Shown piece by piece: positions 33,023 to 38,227 of a stretch of 38,227 nt of DNA. The stretch spans positions 620,001-658,227 of the forward strand of contig NW_026250425.1 in NCBI RefSeq assembly GCF_024521635.1. Direction: 5' to 3'. The stretch comes from Tricharina praecox. Taxonomy: Eukaryota. Each line of letters begins with the position of its first letter. Positions within the stretch are counted from its first letter, which is position 1. A model generated the notes under the pieces. It did no database searches. It was not told where the DNA came from and was given only the letters and a program-made list of their open reading frames with translations. The position numbers and the translations under genes are program-made.

Positions 33023-35022
33023 AAATCCTCCGGCTCACTCTCATTCCTTTCCCAGAATGGAGGGGCCTCCGTCATTGCTTCATCCTCCACCACAACCGCC
33101 GCAGCCTTGTGTTGCTTGGACCTCGGTCGAGTGGGTTCGGCATCCTGGGTGTCCCGCTTTCTCTTTGTCACGGATGACACCTTTGGACTCTCGGGGAGTT
33201 CGGTACCCGCGACTGTTTTTCTGGCGTAGCATTGGAAGGTTCGGTGGCCGTCTCGTCCGCAACGCCAACAGTCGCACTTGGATCCTTTGTGGGCATCGAT
33301 CTCCTTCTGGGGAACCCCTACCAGAGCCTCCTTTGCTCCTGCGTAGATGTCCCCTTCCCTTGTCCTTCCCTTCCTGACTCCTGTTGCTTCCTTGGCCTTT
33401 CGGCCCTCCGGGGACTCCCCGCTTTCCTTGCGGCCCCCGGGGTCTCTTCCCTTTCCTTGGCCCTGCCGGCCGTTGCCAGGTCCCTTCCGGTCGCCGCCGG
33501 AACCCTGGCTACCCGATCCCCCTTTCCTCATTGCCCTTGCCTTTTTCAGCGCGTCCCGTCGTTCCACATGGTTGCCAGCTCTGAGCACCGTTTCCAGGAA
33601 GTCTTCATCGTCTTCGTAGGGTTCGGTGTGCTGGTTGAAGCACATATCCACGATGTCGGTGGTCATGGCCTGGTTGACTATGTCTTGTAGCGGTTCGCCG
33701 GTGGCGCGAGCGATCATGTTGAGCGATCGGAAGGAGGTCATGTAAGCCTGAATGTCTCCTTTGTATTCGAGGGCCCACATCCTTCTTAATGCGTTCGCTC
33801 CTTCCTGCGTGTCGCGGTACGCCTCCTTGAGTGCCTCTTGGTACGCCTGCCAGGTATCTTCCAAGTGTAGCTGTCTCAGGCTTTTTCGACGGGCCTGATG
33901 CCATTCTGCCGCTGTCCCTTCCAGTCGGGATCCCACCCACGCTATCTTCTGCTGCTCGTTTGTCTCTGGGTGGAACTCAAGATATTCTTCAACTGAGTCC
34001 CACCATGGACGGAAGGCTGTTCTTTGCTTGCCATCGAACGGCTTGGGCTCTTTCATTTTAAGCTTGATGGCCCTCGGGTTCGATGCGGAGACGGCAGCAG
34101 CGATGATCCGAGCGAAGCGACTCTCTTCGTCTTCGTCGTCTTCTCTTGGTAGCGGAGCGTGTCGGTGACGGGGCGGCGAACGACGCGGCAAGGGGATGGA
34201 ATCGTCATCATCCGATGGTTCCTCATCCGAGGGATCACCTCCAAGGTTAGTCACCGGACGTCTTGGGGGTGGAGGAGGAGGGGACATTCCTGCACCTGCC
34301 GGAGTTTCCCTGGTTGCTGACCTTTCTGCCCGCGATCCTCCTCTTGGGGTAGTGTTTACCCACTCCGGGGCCTTTTCCTTCGCCTTCCCTGTCCTTACCT
34401 CTACAGCCTTCAATTTTTTCTCTGCTCGAGCGATTTTTTCCTTGATTCGCTGTTGCTCCTTGTAGAGGTATTCTGCCTTCTCTTCCTGTTTCCCTGCCCA
34501 AATTTCCACGTTGCGGTTGTACACCGCTTGCTCCCTGCGTTGTTCGACTTGCGCCGTTTCGAGGAACACGATGGCGTCTTGTAGCCGAGCGTTTGCGACG
34601 CTTTGCAACTCGCGGTTGTCTTCGTCTTTCTGGTTACGTTCTCGAATGACTGCCCATACGTCGCTGCTCAGGGCGTGCGTCGCGTTCGCTACTGTTGACA
34701 GCTCGGTTCGAAGCCATTCTGTATTCATTTCGGCATTGTGAGCGTAGAGGTTGTACACATACTTGACCCCATCGCAGAGTTGTTCGTAGTTCCTTCTGAT
34801 TTCCTGCATTCGGGAGTCCTCTTCGTTGAACTTCTGATCGCATGCTTGGTAAAGCTGGCGCAGGTCTCTTTGTGCCGTTTGGTATTGGTGGTTCATCAGC
34901 CTGAGCCAGGCTGCCGGGTTTCGTACTTCGACGGTTTCGGATGCTTGCGGGATGCTAACGAGCGCATTGCTCAGGGTCTGAGGAAGTTCGAGGCGGAGCA
35001 TGTCGAGGTTTGAGGAGGACAT
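33019..35022 (-). CDS. gag: Gag polyprotein (667 aa)
   Basis: Starts just after the 5' LTR/PBS. Coiled-coil N-terminus, EPKPFDGK..W..LEGTAAEW capsid-like region and CCHC knuckle CWRCGRDGHRTFQC. Confidence 0.92.
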   Translation of the reverse strand: MSSSNLDMLRLELPQTLSNALVSIPQASETVEVRNPAAWLRLMNHQYQTAQRDLRQLYQACDQKFNEEDSRMQEIRRNYEQLCDGVKYVYNLYAHNAEMNTEWLRTELSTVANATHALSSDVWAVIRERNQKDEDNRELQSVANARLQDAIVFLETAQVEQRREQAVYNRNVEIWAGKQEEKAEYLYKEQQRIKEKIARAEKKLKAVEVRTGKAKEKAPEWVNTTPRGGSRAERSATRETPAGAGMSPPPPPPRRPVTNLGGDPSDEEPSDDDDSIPLPRRSPPRHRHAPLPREDDEDEESRFARIIAAAVSASNPRAIKLKMKEPKPFDGKQRTAFRPWWDSVEEYLEFHPETNEQQKIAWVGSRLEGTAAEWHQARRKSLRQLHLEDTWQAYQEALKEAYRDTQEGANALRRMWALEYKGDIQAYMTSFRSLNMIARATGEPLQDIVNQAMTTDIVDMCFNQHTEPYEDDEDFLETVLRAGNHVERRDALKKARAMRKGGSGSQGSGGDRKGPGNGRQGQGKGRDPGGRKESGESPEGRKAKEATGVRKGRTREGDIYAGAKEALVGVPQKEIDAHKGSKCDCWRCGRDGHRTFQCYARKTVAGTELPESPKVSSVTKRKRDTQDAEPTRPRSKQHKAAAVVVEDEAMTEAPPFWERNESEPEDF

Positions 35023-35060
35023 ATCGATAGAAATCGGTGACTGTAACCTTAAGATTATAG

Positions 35061-35749
35061 TGTGAGACTGGGACGGGTTCGTGTCGTCGGAGTCTATGGT
35101 AATATCGAGGATAGAATAAAAGTCAGGGATTTCGATAATTCACAACGGAATAATCTTAAGGGTGTTTGTTCGATGGTTTGTTCGGTGCGATGATTGTAGT
35201 TTGTTCGGTTGCACGCTCGGTTCGACTTATAGTCGTCCCGATCCTCAGCACGTGATTCCTCTAGAGTGCGGCCTAACGTAGCTCCGTTGCTTCCTTTGCA
35301 TCGGAGTTCCGCGGCCTAGCCTTGAGTCGTCGTCAGCTCTCTTCGGATAGTCTTCTCGACTAGGCAGGTGGTAAACACCACGCGCCCAAGATAGATCGGA
35401 GTTCCCGAGCAATTATCTCCCTCATGCGCCGGCAGAGTTCTTCGCTCGAAGTTGTCTGCCCCCATCGGTCGATGTTCGATTCTCTCGTCATAACAGTTTT
35501 TTCCTGGATCGGAGTTCCTACTGCGGGGCCCTATGATCGGAGATCTCAAAGTCCTCTGGACTGTTATCCCGATCTCCCGCATCTCCGATCACTGTCTAGA
35601 CTCTGGAATCCGTTTGCTCCCTCCTTCCTATCTTGTCTTTGATCGCTTCGAACTATCCTTTCGGCTCGCAACTCTATTCTAATCACCCGAACTATCTAAT
35701 CACATCTCTTGCGACCGTCGTGACCTCCGATACCTATCGGGGTGTCACA
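35061..35749 (-). repeat. Family A 5' LTR
   Basis: Near-identical to 28383-29071. Confidence 0.95.
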
Positions 35750-37096
35750 TCTCCTCTCCTCAAAGGCGCGGATGATTGCAAGGAGTTCTTTGTCATAGAT
35801 CTCGTAGTTGCATTCTGCCGGGGAGTGTTTCTTGAAATAGAATGCCACTGGGTGCAGGATTCCCTCGTCGTCGTGCTGAGATAGGACCCCGGCAGAGACG
35901 TAGTCGGAGGCGTCAGTTTCCACTACTATCTGCCGATCGTAGTCGAAGTGCCGGAGGATCGGGGCCGGCGTGAATGCTGTTTTTAGTTCGTCGAATGCTT
36001 TCTGCTGTTCCGGCCCCCACACGAAGGGAACATACTTTCCATCCTCCTTCTTGGTCAATGCTGTCAATGGGGATACCACCTTGGAATAGTCTTGGATGAA
36101 TTGCCGGTAGAAGTTCGCAAATCCCAGAAAGCATTGCACATCGGTGACGGTACTAGGCTCCTCCCATTCCAGTATGCAGGAGACTTTCGCTGGGTCCATC
36201 TTGATCCCGTTTGTTGTAATGATCAGTCCCAAATACTTGACTTCCGTCTGGTGGAAATGACCCTGACATGTTTCCGGTGTTCATCTAAGGATCCGCTGTA
36301 AATGAAGACGTCATCGATGAATGCGGTACAGAAGCCGTCGAGGAACAGGCGTAGTGTAATAAAGTACACTGGGAAAGTACTATACCACTCGACCAAAAGG
36401 TATTTTGATGGCTGATCGCCATCATCTCAGTAGCTACTTAAGGCCAGGATTTCTGAACTGTGACAGTATCCCCTCTTTAGGGGCTTACTCCAGGAAGCCT
36501 TCAAGTAGTTAACCCCCAATGAGTGATAATTCATGATAAGAATCATGAACCGTCACTCACTGTAAGCCATGCAATTCCTGAACAACGCTGCAGCAGAGGA
36601 ATGTAACTGCTCGCAGTGGGAATTGAACTCATGACCTTTGCAGCCATCAAACTGTAATAAAGTACACTGGGAAAGTACTATACCACTCGACCAAAAGGTA
36701 TTTTGATGGCTGATCGCCATCATCTCAGTAGCTACTTAAGGCCAGGATTTCTGAACTGTGACACGTAGCACATCGTTGATCAGAGCTTGGAAGTCGGCAG
36801 GGGCGTTGGTGAGACCGAAGGGCATGACGAGGGATTTGAAGAGCCCATAGCGTGTCCGGAAGGCAGTTTTCTACTCTGCTCCTTCCGCCATCCGCACAAG
36901 GTTGTAGGCACCGCGGATATCCAGGGTGGTGAAGTATTTTGCCCCGGATAGCCGCATCAGAGTTTTTTGGAGAAGTGGGAGTGGGTACCTGTTCTTAATT
37001 GTTCCTTCTTTCAGGCCCCTGTAATCCACACACAGGCGTAGGGAGCCATCTGATTTCTTGACAAACAGAATTGGCAATGCTGCTGGAGAGGAAGAG
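35750..37096 (-). pseudogene. Degenerate gypsy pol (RT-RNase H), probably family B, interrupted by TRIM copy 4
   Basis: [23 protein letters not shown] (W to stop)..[27 protein letters not shown]..(deletion)..[20 protein letters not shown]. Confidence 0.88.
36355..36763 (-). mobile_element. TRIM copy 4 (409 bp); LTRs 36653-36763 and 36355-36465; TSD CGTAG
   Basis: The two LTRs are identical and the TSD is perfect (36350-36354/36764-36768). Removing it restores the RT frame. Confidence 0.96.
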
Positions 37097-37117
37097 TGTG
37101 ACACCCTGATAGGTATC
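37097..37117 (+). mobile_element. 21-bp stub of the family A LTR 5' end
   Basis: TGTGACACCCTGATAGGTATC versus TGTGACACCCCGATAGGTATC. Confidence 0.7.
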
Positions 37118-37526
37118 TGTCACAGTTCAGAAATCCTGGCCATAAGTAGCTACTGGGATGATGGCCATCAGCCATCAAAATACCTTTTGGTCGAGTGGTA
37201 TAGTAATTTCCCAGTGTACTTTATTACAGTTTGATGGCTGCAAAGGTCATGAGTTCAATTCCCACTATGAGCAGTTACATTCCTCTGCTGCAGCGTTGTT
37301 CAGGAATTGCATGGCTTACAGTGAGTGACGGTTCATGATTCTTATCATGAATTATCACTCATTGGGGGTTAACTACTTGAAGGCTTCCTGGAGTAAGCCC
37401 CTAAAGAGGGGATACTGTCACAGTTCAGAAATCCCGGCCTTAAGTAGCTACTGAGATGATGGCGATCAGCCATCAAAATACCTTTTGGTCGAGTGGTATA
37501 GTACTTTCCCAGTGTACTTTATTACA
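37118..37526 (+). mobile_element. TRIM copy 5 (409 bp); LTRs 37118-37228 and 37416-37526
   Basis: Nearly identical to copies 2 and 4. Flanks GTATC/GTAGT do not match. Confidence 0.93.
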
Positions 37527-37530
37527 GTAG

Positions 37531-38227
37531 TGTAACGACACGGTCGGGCAAGGCTCCAGGTAGCGAAGTCGGGCTCGGAATCGGGTTCTAGGTTCGGCAG
37601 AGACAAGACAGGTTGAGAGGACAAGGTGAGGCAGGGCTCAGTGCGGACGGCAACTGAGAACTGAGACAGGGACAAGGACTACGGCGCAGACGGCAGCCGA
37701 GGCAAGGACAGAGGTAACAGTGATTGAATGAACAAGTTGTTGCGTGAAGAACTAAGTACAGAGGGGCAACGGCCCGTTTATATAGGAAACCCTCCACTTC
37801 TTCTCGCAACCTGACAATAACCGTGAGCGTGTGCCAGACCCTGAGAAATCCACCTTGCCAGTACCCCGCTTCCGTGACTCATACCCTGCGCAGCCGCACT
37901 ACCCCTGCTTACTGCACACAGCCCCAATTCCTCCGGCTCATTCCTGCATTGCCGCCCGCGCAGCCCCTTGCACTGCCCCCGCGCTGCCTTCCCACCCCTG
38001 TTCCGACTCTTCCTCGAACGTCCCGTCGCGAGCCGTGACAGTAGCCCCTCCTAAGGCTCGAGTTCCCACGAGAGCAAGTTGAACTGGTCCAGGCTTCGTT
38101 GGGTACCGTTGGTGGAAGTCGTCCACTGCCTGTACGTCCACAAGGTTCTCCTCAGGTTCCCACGTCGGTGCCGTGAAACCCCTCCACTTGACTAGGTACT
38201 GGAGTCTTCCCCTCAGCGTTCTGCTGT
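37531..38227 (-). mobile_element. Family B 3' end: chromodomain, PPT and 3' LTR (37531-38040); continues beyond the window
   Basis: [40 protein letters not shown] is homologous to 22893-23451. Confidence 0.88.

Larger units (their letters stand above)
28383..35749 (-). mobile_element. Full-length Ty3/gypsy chromovirus (family A), 7367 bp
   Basis: 689-bp LTRs, intact gag and pol ORFs, PPT GGGAGGGGAGATGG (29072-29085) and self-priming PBS (35047-35058). Confidence 0.96.

Noticed and set aside
22288..37526. Recurring 111-bp units as a CRISPR-like array, or a small protein family ([26 protein letters not shown])
   Set aside because: Eukaryotic DNA. Units are paired TG..CA LTRs with a constant interior, PPT and TSDs, and ORF starts and stops differ between copies.

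Overview
Fungal (filamentous ascomycete-type) genomic DNA with two halves. Positions 1-16 kb hold five conserved genes: a 5'-truncated Bub1 checkpoint kinase, protein disulfide isomerase, uracil-DNA glycosylase with an unusual tandem-repeat acidic C-terminal tail, a GRASP55/65 (Grh1) homolog and a GPI-anchored GH16 Crh transglycosylase. All but the Bub1 fragment have introns. Positions ~22.3-38.2 kb are a nested LTR-retrotransposon island. It contains one ORF-intact Ty3/gypsy chromovirus (family A, 28383-35749, minus strand), broken pieces of a second chromovirus (family B), and five full-length copies of a 409-bp non-coding TRIM. The TRIM is the most interesting element. It has 111-bp LTRs, an 11-nt Tf1-type self-priming site, tRNA-like Pol III A/B boxes split between the LTR and the internal region, and a strongly folded interior, and its termini and PPT resemble family B. 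Flanking 5-mers also record recombination events and a probable inversion in the island. All calls were made by eye, without database searches.
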